From Setoptus koraiensis (taxonomy: Eukaryota; Animalia; Arthropoda), in the NCBI GenBank assembly GCA_048013815.1, contig CM106586.1:124001-188000 (forward strand): DNA of 64,000 bases, read 5' to 3'. A program made the translations under genes and the position numbers. Below are positions 1 to 13,156 of this stretch, one piece after another. Below the pieces are notes generated by a model. That model saw nothing but the letters and a program-made list of their open reading frames with translations, did not search any database and had not been told where the DNA came from. The stretch's first letter is position 1; each line of letters starts with the position of its first letter.

Positions 1-782
1 TGTGAATGTTTCAATATGGAACGAATCGTTCAATTGATCGACTTTATGTCACGATTAGTTGAGTTGTTCATGAAAGGTTGATATGATGCAACACCAAAGG
101 TTGCACAGAGTGTGTGATAAATTGTTGCATAATCCAAAGTACTCATTGATGATGTTTCTGCAAAGTAATTCAGTGGAAATCAATTGCGGGACACTTTTTG
201 TCAACAGCCAAAATACTGTTCTGATGTTGGTGCCCGTTGGCCATCGCCATTGAACATTTAGACACATTTGGATAATCCAAATGTGTCTAAATGGATGGTC
301 ATTTAGATAGTGAAAGGGTGGCCAATGAGCAATGGCCTTGGCAATGGCGAGCAACGGCAGTTTCCAGAGACGTAATGTCATTCGTGAATGTAATGAAGAT
401 AGATGAATGCGTGTATGTGTTCGCACAGTATCAAGCGAGTGATAAATGACAATAGTTTATATTGTATTGATGCTGACAAGCTATCTCTTTTGTTTGTTAT
501 CTTAATGTTTGTTTTATTTTTATCACTCCATGCTGGGGATACGAAACAAATTGCTCTACATTATCGCTTGGTGGCTTTGTTGTAGTTGTTGTTGACAGAC
601 TATTGGTGAGGCAAGATAATAATAAGATGGATTTCTGTTGAAATGTGCGGGTGCCATCTATTTATGCAAATCAAATTTATCGCTAGATTGCGCGGCGATG
701 GCACTCTCAGCACGTGCTCGCCCACAAGAGTAATGCTTTGGTGTCGCCTATAGGTGTCGCCTAGATGGCAACCAACCGGGTC

Positions 783-830
783 CAACTGGCACCGACTGGC
801 ACCGACTGGCACCGACTGGCACCAACTGGG
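783..830. repeat. Tandem repeat, 10-bp unit CGACTGGCAC, ~4.8 copies
   Basis: Read directly. The core ACTGGCACC recurs near 3007 and 14902. Confidence 0.9.
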
Positions 831-1785
831 AGCCGGCCATAGTCACTGTGAGTTAGTCGGTCAACAAGAGTATTGTCAATTGTTAGTTTTCTAGTGTTGA
901 GCTGGGTGCAGATGAGTCGGCTACCACTAAGCTCATCATTTGATATCTTTGCGTCACCGCTGACTTTTATAAAACTTTTATCATTGTTGGTGCGCCCCAA
1001 ACAACTAAATCCCTAACCACATCTTAACTCTCTCTCTCTCTGTCTACTCAACGAGGCACACACTCACATGTTAGGATAGACACACTAACAGTTAAATTAC
1101 TTTTAGCAGCAAATAATTTTTTGAATAATTCATGACTACTTGCATTACTGCTAACAATCTTGTTTGCTACGAGCTTGCCAATAGGCACAGGCGTAGACTG
1201 TCAAGCGCAGGTGAGACACAGCAATAACAGATCTATTACTCACAATGTCTGACTGTCTAGACACTAGAGAATCTTCTTTTTTCATCTGGTGCAAATAGCA
1301 AATAGCAAATATTGTACGTCTGGCCAACACAAACATTCCTCCAAAAACAACATGATTACATATTGAGCCTCACTCACCATTTTCTATGCGAGTCAAGGCC
1401 ACTTGTGACAGTGGCCATTTAGGGCCCCAACGGATCATCTTGAGATAGGTATAGAGATTTACTTTTTGTTCTGCCCTTTCTGTCCTCCTTCTACTGGCTG
1501 TTTTTTGGCTGTTGGCGCCGATGTAATTGCTCAAATAACCATTAGGGTGTGCGGACACGCAGTGCACAGGTTACATTAGTTGTGCTGACAAACATTGAAA
1601 GATGTTATAGTGACGCCAAAAAAGCGTCCAGAAATTAACTCAGGGCTCGGCCGTTGTTTGTTGCATCATGCACTTTATCATACAATATCGCGCGCTTATA
1701 TATAATAAATATAATATAGTAATTTCAATGGAAGGCGCACTATTACACACAACATACATAAAGTGTAACCAGCATCGGTGCCGGC

Positions 1786-1887
1786 AACAACAACAGCAAC
1801 AACAGCATCAACAACAACAACAACAACAACAGCATCAACAACAACAACAACAACAACAGCATCAACAACAACAACAACAACAACAAT
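1786..1887. repeat. (CAA)n-type microsatellite; similar tracts at ~8390-8461, 22634-22670, 26742-26850, 28278-28340
   Basis: Read directly; these tracts generate spurious poly-Q/T/N/V ORFs. Confidence 0.9.
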
Positions 1888-4845
1888 GGACAACGATCTC
1901 TCTATTGAATATGGGGCGTGATGTGAATTCATTATGTAACGTGCATTAAATCAATTGAAAAGTAAGATGTGTTGTTGCTGACAACAAACAACCAGTGTGA
2001 TGCTGCACTGTTATCCATGCTTATGATGCTCGTCCACTCGTAACCAGCTAACTTTGTGACGCATGAGCTATCCTTTGTGCACTATCTATGATAATCACCT
2101 AGACAACATAGTTGCCATCCTGCTGCTGGCCAGACTGTTATATAACAGTTACAACGGTACGCACAAGTAACAACTCATTCACTTTCACAGTGTCTATTCA
2201 TATATCTATATCTGTGCCCAACAACTCACTAAGCAGACCAAGCATGTTGCTTGTTGAGCCGACATTGTTTATAAGAGGCTTACATAAGTATAAGTGCACC
2301 GGATAAGTTTACCGCTAATCGTTATACATACATGCATGGATGTTGGATTTGTATGTTTGGAGAGTGACATCAAGTAATTGGCAAGCGACACACAAAACAG
2401 CAGCCAGAAATAGCTCATATTTCCGATGGCTGAATTAATATCAGCTGACAATGAATAATGTTGTGTGGTCACTGACAAATCGTGCAAATCCTGCAATCTG
2501 TTCACTATGACCAGTGGTCGGCGCACGTGCAGTGTCGGTTGTGTTCATTGGCTGAAATGATAATCATTATTCAAATATGAAACTAACCTGTAACTAAATT
2601 ATAGATCAATGTGAATATGTCATAAACATTCGCGACAGTATTCACAACCTGCTGCAAGGGCCCGTTCGATGCATGAGGATAGCTTGAATGGGGATAGCAA
2701 GGCTGCGATCAACGACAAATTGACAATTTTATTGAAAGTGTCACGATAGAAACCATCATTTTTGCCCAATGACCATGGGCATGAATGCTGGTGGCTGTAC
2801 TGTAATTGTGTTGCCAAATTGAGCACTCACAATGACGCAAATGTGCTGTCCTCTCTCTCTCTCTGTTCACAACAAAACTCTCAATTATGCCTGTTAGTTG
2901 CATGCATACACCTCATACCTCATACACCTCACAAGACAACCAAATCGATCAGTCTTACCACTAATTATCTTATACTTTCATAGCTGGACAGCCTAGGTGC
3001 CAATCGACTGGCACCTAACACACAGTGACTGTAACCCAAGTTACTGGAAGTGCTTATATGATAATAATGGGTTTGTTCAATGCCAATTATTCAATTGTCA
3101 CTGTTGCGAACGATGCAAGATGCTGCTTATTGGCAATGTTGCTCATTTAACTAATTATTGTATATATTGGCACTATTGGGCACCATATAATTAGTGGCTA
3201 AAATATGTTTGATGACGCATGTTGTATGACATAATGAGCACCATTCAACAATATTCAATACCATTCATTATACAGCAATATAACTAGTGCAGTTGATGGT
3301 GGCTACAAAAGAACAATCATTATCATTATCTGTTTTGTTCTACATTACAGCCCCTATTAATCAACTCCCATCAGTAATCTCCCATTCGTGATGTCTCCCA
3401 TCATCTAACAGTCTCACCATCGACTAACTAGCATGCACACATACAGTTATACACATACATGTATAGTATATGTACAAACTATTTAGCCTCGCATCTCCCC
3501 TTGATACAACAAGCTTGACATGCCCTTACAAGAAGGTAATGGCTTACTTACTCATAATGTATATACCAAAGTAACGGGTCTTTTCACGCGTAACTGTAAC
3601 GCCGTTGCCAAGACGCCGGCGAGCGCATCTTTTTTTGCTTGTCCAATAGTGACGGAAATGAGCAGGCAATAAGTATAAGCAGGCAAATAGTGGCTGTAAA
3701 CCACTTTCGATATTTACTTGTCTTCTCTTCCTGTTGCACTACTATTATCTTTTGAACTAATGAGTACTCTTGGCGCACTCAAATTGCACAGTTCACTCAA
3801 CTGGGCCCCATTGGCCCCAATCAGCCAGTGCCAATTTAATGCCAATTGATATCCCTGAACATTCGTCCTCCGACCTTTACAATTTCCCCATTGACAGTGG
3901 GATACTGTAAACTGTGCGATTTCGTTCATCTTCATTCAACTCATTGAATAGTGAGTGTTCCCTCTATGTAACTTATACAGTGTAAGGGTCTGTTTTTGCA
4001 ATTAATTTAATTCATGCATAGCAGTATCGGCACTCAATTATAGCACCTATTATTCACTGACACTTTTATGTGTCTGTCTGCGTAGTTGATGGGATGTTTT
4101 TGACACACATTATGTAAGCCTTTGTGCTAGTGACACTATTCAATACTGACAAGGTGAGTATTGGTGGTGAGTTTGTTTATTTTTTTATTTTTTCCTTTGC
4201 TCACCTCGCACAACTTCAAATATAAACTCTAACTTTCTATTGGTCTCTATGAGCTTCCTATTGGTCACAAAATCAACTCACATGTTGGGATCAATAATAA
4301 CGATAATATCACCTACAGTCCATTGATTGTAGGTGATCGTATCTATTGATGGTGGTCGATGGATGCATTGACAATGTCAGTGACACTGCAACGCGCATAA
4401 AATTGTCAACCCTCGAGAGTTACATCATGCTTCAAGAGTCAATTGTGGCAATTGATTTGCACTTGTAACGCTGCTTCGTTTTATCTCTCAAAGAGCTCGC
4501 ACACAAAAATTCAACCGGAGCTCACATTGTCAGTGTTGAATTGACAGTGTGATCTCGTGACCTCATTAAAAGCTGCTTTTTCAGGTTGCTATGGTCTAGC
4601 GGTAGAGTATTTTAGCTTTGCGGCTTTCAGCCTGACAGAAGCAGTGATTTTGGTCGATTAGTGTCGCTCAAGTTGAGATCAAACGTGATATATGTGCGTG
4701 GGCACCTATACTGTAGCATGCACGCAACGCCAAGCAATTATGCAGTTATAATGCAGCTCAATAATTTTATTGCCACTATGACGTCATAATCTGTGCTTAT
4801 ATAATATATTATATATAATATATAATATGTAATTAGTGTACTTAC

Positions 4846-5494
4846 GCGCTCGCTTGTTACCCGTGGCAAGCAGGTTAAATTGGTTGCCGGTGTCCGTTGT
4901 TGTTGGTTGTTGCTGCTGTTCACTGTGTTGTACATGACGACGTCGATTATGTTGCTGCTGTTGGTCACCTTGCGCTTGCATAATAACAGCACTCAACATG
5001 TTATTATCATCTAGTGTATCATAAGAGGATTTAACTTGACGCTGATAATGCGAGGCCAAGTTGTTGTTGTTGTGATTAATCAACAAATTATAATCGTCCT
5101 CTCTGTTGTTGTTGCTGTCTACATTTGAATGGTGCTGCTGTTGCTGTTGCTGCTGCTGATGGTGCAAATCGTCACTTCGTTGGAGCAAATGTTGCGATGC
5201 TGGCTGGCGCTGTTGGTAGGCTTGCTGAATAGTTGTAATGTCCAAAATAGGACGAGCAATTGTGTCTTCCAATGAGAATTCGCCTGCAACAAATCTATTC
5301 GCAGGAAAGGCCAAGCGACTCTCTGATTCATATTTTTGCTGCTTTCCAATGCCGTTACGTTTTGTCAGACATTCAATGGGTTGCGGTGATGACAGCCAAA
5401 ACAAAGTCACAACATACGACAACATGGCCACATATCTTACAAGATGGGCCATTGTGGACACAACAATTCTTGATTTGGTGCCCATCGCTATCAT
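4846..5494 (-). CDS. First coding exon of an unidentified secreted/membrane protein (signal peptide plus Gln/Asn/His-rich linker); downstream exons not identified
   Basis: ATG at 5494. Hydrophobic segment LVRYVAMLSYVVTLFWLSSPQPIEC resembles a signal peptide. The frame stays open for >200 codons, with a non-repetitive block (RLAFPANRFVAGEFSLEDTIARPILDI). It ends at KRAR on a consensus donor C|GTAAGT (intron starts 4845, phase 1). No family recognised. Confidence 0.6.
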
Positions 5495-8418
5495 TTGATT
5501 GTCGCAACTTGTCTTAACTGTTGGCTAGTCTAATAGGGAATAGCTGCTTTTAGATAAATAAGCGCTGTCTACGATTTTGCAGTTAATTTCCTGTTTATTC
5601 CATGCCTCTTATTTCAGCACACTTTTTCAACGCAACCACTACTACTTGATCTATTTTTGTTTGTTATGCAATCAATTTAGTTTACAGCAATTCTCTCTTT
5701 GAATCTCTTTTCTCATTCACTCAACTGAATACGAACTGACACTCTTCTCTACTTTCTGTCCATTTTCATCAAAGTTCACATACACACACGCACCTAGTGC
5801 ATGAGGTAAAGGGGTCCCTAAATGGGAATTTGAGGCAACATTATTATTTGTACTGTGTGAGCATGCGTAATGTCATTGCGGCTACAGTTGTCGACTGGTC
5901 TGGCGACAGTGGCGCGCCCTATAATTTCAGTTGCATCAACAGCACACTGTATGTTGGTGCAACATCACCCAGACCAGACCAGACCAAAGTAAATCGCACT
6001 TGCACGCAATGTAAGGCACGTAACATGCATCTTACGTAACTTTAGCGAGGCTACATGAGGTGTAAAGTTTAATGTTTAAATCAATCAAATTAACCCGATT
6101 ATCACGCGGCTGCGATTAGTTGAAGATTATGGAGTTGACGCTGACAGGCTGACTCACTGGCTTAATTTTGACCGGCCGGCCAGCCAAAAGTCGTCGCAAC
6201 TGAAAGGTGCACGCAACCACCAACGTGGTATTGGCCGGTGCCCAGTTTACCCGGGATAATCTTGTGGCAATTTACCAGATCGTCCATTTACTCGACATTA
6301 TGTGTTCTATTTTATCCTTGTCTTGTCTGGTTACATTCTTGTTACCTATCATTGCATACTTAGAATTTGCTCGCCCGGTCAATATACACTCTATGGCACG
6401 CATTGTACAATATGGACAAATGCAAAGGTCACTTGGTGTGGCTCGATATTGTAATATTGTTTGAATGTGGGTCAAGATTAACTCGCACTAATTAGCCACT
6501 TATAATCGGTGATGGTCGCTTGCTCGTGGTTGCACCAGGAAGCTTGTGGGCACAATAATGAAAGAAAAGAGACAACCATTCACTACTTGAGACTGCCCGT
6601 TTGGCGTCGTTTTTTCTCTTTTTCGTGACACATGGCTCGTCCGCGAGACCAACTCACCAAAGAGCTGACTCCGTTATCTAACACCATTTTGTTGCAATTA
6701 GCTCAATGTTTGTCCAACCAACAAAGTGAACTCGAATCCATTCGCCATAAACGAGCCAATTCTAGCCAATTCAAGGCAAGTGAACGAGAGATTGGGGACA
6801 CTCAGAGAGAGATGCAATCCAATAAGTGACACTCTTTTATTATGATTGTGCTTTGTTTTTATTTATCAAGTATGTGCAATAATGTCAAACTCTTAATATT
6901 GAACAAACAGATTGGTAGATGGAGAAAAAAAGAATCGCTATTATCATTGATGATTTTACTTAGGTTTTTTTATGTATACATGGGTACAAAAACAACATGA
7001 AAAAGTCAATTCATTAATCAAATCAGAGAATGTATATCATTATCATGGTCATTGCAAGACAATGACAACAGATACCATTGTTGTGTCAATGTTGTCAATA
7101 TTGTCAATATTGTCAACATTGTTTGTTGTTGTTTGTAACAGTGTGTGAGTGTGTGTAATAATATGATATGATGCTGTTGTTCGCTGTAATCATACTGAAT
7201 ACAGAGAAACAGTTAATTAATGGTTACATTAATTGGATTGCAAATGTAGGATTAAGCAAAATGAAACAAACAAACAATATATAACTGCACATCGTAAACA
7301 GCCAGCGTTGATTGATTGGTCTCTGGTGCAGTCGCTAGTTGGCTGGTGTGGTTGCGACAGGCCACAAATCCAGGGAAATTGAATACAAGTTGATGTGTTA
7401 GCCTAAGTGGCTGTTGTTGTTTTTTCATCACTATTTCAAATTTGATAATATTTATTCTCTTGTTATCCCATTGTTTGTTTGTTTCGCATTGTTTGTTTGT
7501 TTCTTGTTTTTTCTTCATCCAATCATGTCCGTTTGATTCAGGTGCAACCATAAAGTTTAGTATCAGCGATCGCTAGCCAAACTTGACTGCTTCACTCTGG
7601 TGATGGTCGATAAAACATGAAATAAACGTTACCATTATATAATTTTCTCGTTGTGTGTGTGTGTCGAAATAGCTTCCCAGATGAGAATATCAGAATAAAA
7701 TTTCGCTTTCTTCTTCTTCTTTTTCTCATTGACCTGTGGATACCATTTCATTTTTGATGCAGTGTGTGTGTGTGTGTGTTGCTATCTAAATGGTGTTTCC
7801 TCTCCATCTCCTGCTTATCGTCTTATCCTCTCCTCTTCTTTACCTTGTCTTGTTGGCTCGTTTCGCAAATTGAATGATAGCCAGCAACCTATGAAAGGGA
7901 TGCTTGCTTTCACGATACTTGTGCTTAGGCCTCCTGATTAGACGAACACACAAGTGTGCTCTGCTCAATCTGCTGCCTCTATTTAAACCCACTGGCAAGA
8001 CACCGGAAAAGGATGAAGATTGATAATAAAAGAAGAAAATCTCATCGCTTTCACCTGATTGATTAAATCGATTCGGTTGATTATGGAGAATGACTAGAAC
8101 TTGGCAATATGGACTTGTTGGTGTGTGAATCTTGTTCTACTACTACTATTAGTACTATTGATAGGATTCTTATCTCTTTCTCTCTTTCGCACACATTAAT
8201 ATTGGGCTTGTGTTATTCATTCACCCTATTTTCACTTGTTAAGTTGATTTATTATATTATAATAATATTATTAAATAGAAAAAAAATACTTAAATTTTGT
8301 GTGTCTGTTTTGTTCTTTTTCGTTTTTATCATCTCGTTTCTTTCATCGTCAAAATCTGTTTGAATGTATGTTTTGCGTAGAGCCTCTCTTTGTTGTTGTT
8401 GTTGTTGTTGTTGTTGTA

Positions 8419-8458
<40 letters not shown>

Positions 8459-8661
8459 TTGTCCTAAACTAATCCTCACTACTTCTCATTGAAAAATTCA
8501 ATTCAAATCAAATCGTATGGCCTGTATGACCATTATTAATGACCATAGCGTTCCTCAATAATAACGATCTAATCACTCCAATCAATAATCTTTGTTTTGT
8601 CTGTCCAAATAGAAGATGTTAAATTAAATTTAAAATCTAAGTCAGCATCATCTCCTCTGGC

Positions 8662-8743
8662 CTAGACAACATACTTTTGGTAGTAGTTGGTTGTTCCTGT
8701 GGCTGCTGCGTATCCAGACGCATCCTCTTCTGCTTGGTTGTAG
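8662..8743 (-). CDS. Probable second exon of the Gln/Gly/Tyr-rich protein
   Basis: A 125-nt intron (8868-8744, ending CAG) joins in the correct phase 2 and gives ...SEGST-YNQAEEDASGYAAATGTTNYYQKYVV*, which matches the SGY style of the main exon. The acceptor lacks a pyrimidine tract, and a further donor (AA|GTATGT at 8674) is possible. Confidence 0.45.
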
Positions 8744-8868
8744 CTGTTGTTGTGATTGTTTGGCAGTGATCGGGCCGAGACAACAATTAGATTACGTTCG
8801 TTAGAATATCGTTGCAATAAATGATACTGAAAATGATGATTTAGTTTTGCAATTTAATCTCAACTTAC

Positions 8869-10610
8869 GTGGAACCCTCTGAGCCTGAGTATGATGTCGA
8901 GTGAGTAGTTTCAACTCCTTTACCAGCAAATGGGTTTTCGTCATCATGAAGAGCCTCAGCTAGCGATGATGTAATTTTGCCCAACAATTCTGGCTTTGAG
9001 TAATCTTCGCCAGATGGACCGTAGGCGGCGCCACTGTCGCCTCCCATGTGCACTGGTGCTGGTGCGGCTGACTCGTATTGGCTTGCACCACCGTTACCTG
9101 CTCCCTGTGGTGGGTACATGGCGGCAGCACTGTCGGCACCTGCACCGTAAGATGATGAACCACTTTCTGGTGCACCGCTATATTGTTCTTGGTGTTGGTT
9201 AACTGGCTCACTTGCGTAACTGTTTCCTCCGCTCATGTCACCGGCACCTTGTCCTGCACCATATCCGCTTGATTGTTGCTGACCGTAACCGGAAGACATT
9301 TCAGATCCACCATATGAGCTCATTTGTTGCTCTTGGGCACCGTATTGACCGCCTGCTTGCTGTTGTTCCATGGCTCCACCGTATTGTGGTGCGCTTGCGC
9401 TGCCCTCCGATGAACCGTATCCGCTGCTGGCTGGTGCATAGCTGGACATTGCTGGTGCATGTGCACCATCACTTGGTCCCATACTGGCTGATGAATCGTC
9501 GTAACTGGCTTGCTGTTGCTCACCGTATCCGCTTGCTACCGCTGGTGCTGGCTGATAGGCACCCGATTGTTGGGCTCCGTACGAGCTTGCACCGGCATCG
9601 GCACCGCTCGATCCGTAGCCTGAACCAGTTGATGATTCACCGCTTGAGTATCCGCTCTCGGCCGATGGTGCAGCCGCTGCTGATGCACCATAACCAGATT
9701 GTTGTTGCTCGCCTGCACCGTAACCGGATGCTTGCTCCATTTGTTGTCCGTAACCGGCGCTTTGTTGCTCAGCTGGTGCAGCACCGTAACCGGATGATGT
9801 TTGTTGTTCGGCGCTGTATTGTTGTGGTTGCATTTGGTATTCTTGTTGTTGTTGTTGTTGTTCGCCATATGAACCGGAAGAGGCTTGCTGATTGTATGAG
9901 CCAGATGGTGGTGCCATCTCGTGCATGGCTTGTGGAACATCATAAGATTGAGCTTGTGGTTGTGATTGTTGTTGTTCACCGTAGCCTACTTGAGCTGCAC
10001 CATATCCACCGGCGCTAGGTGCACCCGGATATCCTTGGCTCTCTGGTCCAGTTGATCCGTATCCGGCAGCTTGTGCTTGGGGACCGTATGACTCTGGTTG
10101 TTGTTGCTCGTAACCTGATGATGATTGTTGTGGTTGTTGGTAGCTAGCTGGCTCTTGTTGTTGGTATTGCTGTTGAGGTGCTTGATATTGAGGTTGTTGT
10201 TGTTGTGCTTCTGGTGCATAAGCTGCTTGCTGTTGTTGTTGTGGCTGGTAGGAATCTTGCTGTTGTTGCTGACCATAAGCTGCTGGCGCTGGTGCCTGCT
10301 CTTGAGGTGCAGAGTAACCAGATTGTTGCTGTTGTGGTTGACTAGTAGCATAATAGTATTGCTCTGGCTGTTGTTGTTGCTGTTGTGGAGCTGGGTATTG
10401 TGGTGCAGCCGGTGCAGCTTGTGGTTGCTGGTAAGCCTGCTGTTGTTCTGGCTGATATTGCTGGGCTTGCTGTTGGCTGGGATAAGAACCAGACACTGAT
10501 TCGGTCTTAGTACCGTAACCGGCGGGTGCTGACTCGTAGCCAGAGGCCAATACGTTGGCCACTAGCAGAGAGAAGGTGACTAATTTAACTAGGCGAGTTT
10601 GCACAATCAT
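8869..10610 (-). CDS. Secreted Gln/Gly/Ser/Ala/Tyr/Pro-rich low-complexity structural protein (cuticle/eggshell/silk/resilin-like), main exon
   Basis: Real ATG at 10610 (MIVQTRLVKLVTFSLLVANVLA-S, signal peptide). About 580 open codons with many [G/S]Y[G/S] motifs, no Cys or Trp, and a non-repetitive acidic tail (PELLGKITSSLAEALHDDENPF). The apparent TAA at 8865-8867 overlaps a consensus donor AC|GTAAGT (intron starts 8868), so the CDS probably continues. Confidence 0.85.
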
Positions 10611-13108
10611 CTTGATCTGTATTGTTTGATTACGCAATTTATGCAATTTTCGACGGATTTCGATTGACAAAATGAGTCAATTTTGTTTTTTCACAGTGAT
10701 CAATTATTGTTCGTTCGGGGCAAAGAGTTCGAATGTTGTTCAATAATTGAGACACAAACAAGTAGAATTGTTGAATATGTTTTCAAAGTGATTGGCACGC
10801 ACAAACAATTGATGGGGTATTTTGTTTCGTTTGTTTGAGGTGAACACGTTAAATTGATTGAGTTGTTTGACAGTGTTTCATTTCATGCACATAGTTGACG
10901 GTTGCACAAATTAGTGTTAATTGTTCAATAAATTCATTGAAGTTGTTGGAATAAATCGTAATTGGAATCGGGATCAGGGGGAGATATGGAGAAAAGGGAC
11001 AAAAAGAGAGAAGGTTTTTAAAATTGATTAGAATCATCTAGATAAAACAAACGTCGATCTTTAAATTGGATTTATTGTTGATCTGATTGCTCACTGTTGA
11101 TTCTGGTGTTGGGTATTTCAATAATAAATGGTCACTATTTAAATAGAATTCTATTTAGTTTTGAACACAAAAGCGTTTCTTGCATACAAACTTTAAAATA
11201 TAAATTAAATTTCAGTTCATAAGCTCGCTGTTTGAGCTGCGACTAGCGACTGATCAATTGAACTATCTAAATGATGCCTTATGATATATTTATATATGTT
11301 ATGGCTTGAGAATTGTAATATATGATTGATGGTTATATATTGGCCGGTTGGCTCGTTCACATTTACACTATCCCTCCGCTCTAGCTAATACTATTGATAC
11401 GACTACAACTAACTGTGACACTACTGTTACGATTCCTATAAACTTTTAATGTTACACAACTTACAATCATAATCAATGTCGTTGGCACCGCTTGTTGTTT
11501 GCACACTGCTGTCCCAATGGTCGCTGTCTTTATCTCTTGGGGTTACCTCTTTTTTGGGGCGTGATCAGATGATATTGAATTGAGAATTTAACCAGTTCTG
11601 CTTATAACAAGTTGATTATTATTTGTATTAAATGAGTTAACTCAGTGTCACTGGTTTGTCAATCCCAATTCCAATCCCAATTGCCAAACCGTTATGGGCA
11701 ATAACTGTCTTTTGGTTACCCTACTGCTCTCGATGATGTTAATGTGATTATATGATAATATATTGTCGTTGTCGTTGTTGTTGTTGAGACACAGCAACAG
11801 TTAAACTCGAGGGCACCTTGAATGTGTGTGTGTGACTTGGTAGCGGTAGTAGTAGTGGTGCTGGTGGTGCTGGTGGTGCTGATGGTGGTGCTAAGGACAC
11901 ACGAATTGACCGAAGACGACGACAACGGCGAGATGATTTGATTTGATTGGATCGGTTTGGGTCGGATTTTATTCTCACCCACCTCACTAGCTAAAACGTA
12001 AGGCTGTTAGCTGAACACTGTTGCTTCTGTTGATGAATAACTGTTCCTGATGACGGCGTTACTTTTACTTTTCTTGCTCCTCTTGCAACAGCTACAGTTA
12101 TTGCTGTTGGTCCGTTAGCAAGGAATATTATTATTATTATTATTGTTATTTGATTGTGTTAGCTAATGTTGCCAATAGCAACTAACTAAGCTGAGCAGCA
12201 CCTAATCGGGGGCCGAGTCAAATTGTTCACCTCTGAGCCTAACACTGTCTTTGCATGTTCTGTCGTGTGTGAGTGTGAGTGCTGAGTAAATGTCCAGCCA
12301 AAGGAACGTCCAAACTACTACTGTCTAGCGCCGTTAGATTGTATCAAGCTAATTGAAAATGAGAATGGTGTGTCTGTCGTGTCGTTTCACTCACTCTCTT
12401 TCCTCTCTGTTCTTCACTTTCGCATCTATCCCTGTCCAGCCAGCAACTTGTACAGGTGAGGTCCACTCTCAACTGGGCTTCACTTCACTCCACTGAATCG
12501 GCGGCGACAGCAACAACAGCAACAACGGCAACAACGGATGACTCAGCTGGCTGAGTAGCTGGCCAGAAGTTACCCGCTGAGCGATACAATATTACCTGTG
12601 CAAACTTTGACTCATTGTCGGCTTGCCGCATCCTTATAAAGTGACTGGCGTTTGTGATTCCTTGGAATATTGCAATGCACGATTGCAGTTGCGAATGACC
12701 ATTGTGAATCTCTTGTGGGTTTCAATTGTAGAGGGCGCCACTAGTTGTGGCCCCCTATCGTTGATGAGGCGCACTAGGATTCACTTTCTCTCAAGGCGTA
12801 TGCGCATGTGTGTTTAAGTGCAAGTGACAGAGTATAAACAGTTTGTGTGTTGTGTGTGTGCGTGTGTGTGTGTGTTGTGAGAGATAAAGCGAGGGAGAGA
12901 GCAGATAAGAAGGAGGCAGACACAAACAACAACAACAACAACAACAACAGGTATTTGTTGTTGTTGTTTGCAGGGGGAAGTGGCTAATGATGTATGCAAG
13001 TGTGTGTGTGTGTGTGTGTGTTGCATTGTTGGCTGCATGAGTGTTGACTTGTCGGCGGTTTGCGTTTGTTTCAGAATTGTTTCATCCGCTTGTGCGCTGG
13101 CTCGAGAA

Positions 13109-13156
13109 TGAGCTCGGCGTGTTGAGCTCGGCGTGTTGAGCTTGGCGTGTTGAGCT
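13109..13156. repeat. Tandem repeat, 14-bp unit TGAGCTCGGCGTGT, ~3.4 copies
   Basis: Read directly. Confidence 0.9.

Noticed and set aside
1370-3935. Candidate downstream exons of the 4846-5494 gene (1370-1567 with donor G|GTGAGT, 2620-2826, 3584-3778)
   Set aside because: No recognisable domain and no convincing acceptor/phase chain.
4584-4632. tRNA-like D-arm TGGTCTAGCGGT
   Set aside because: No T-arm GTTCRA motif or cloverleaf spacing; kept only as a generic structured element.
8960-10499. Several long overlapping ORFs (e.g. 9212-10018 +, 9536-9979 -, 9986-10351 -)
   Set aside because: Shadow frames of the repetitive Gln/Gly/Tyr-rich CDS; stop-poor because of codon composition.
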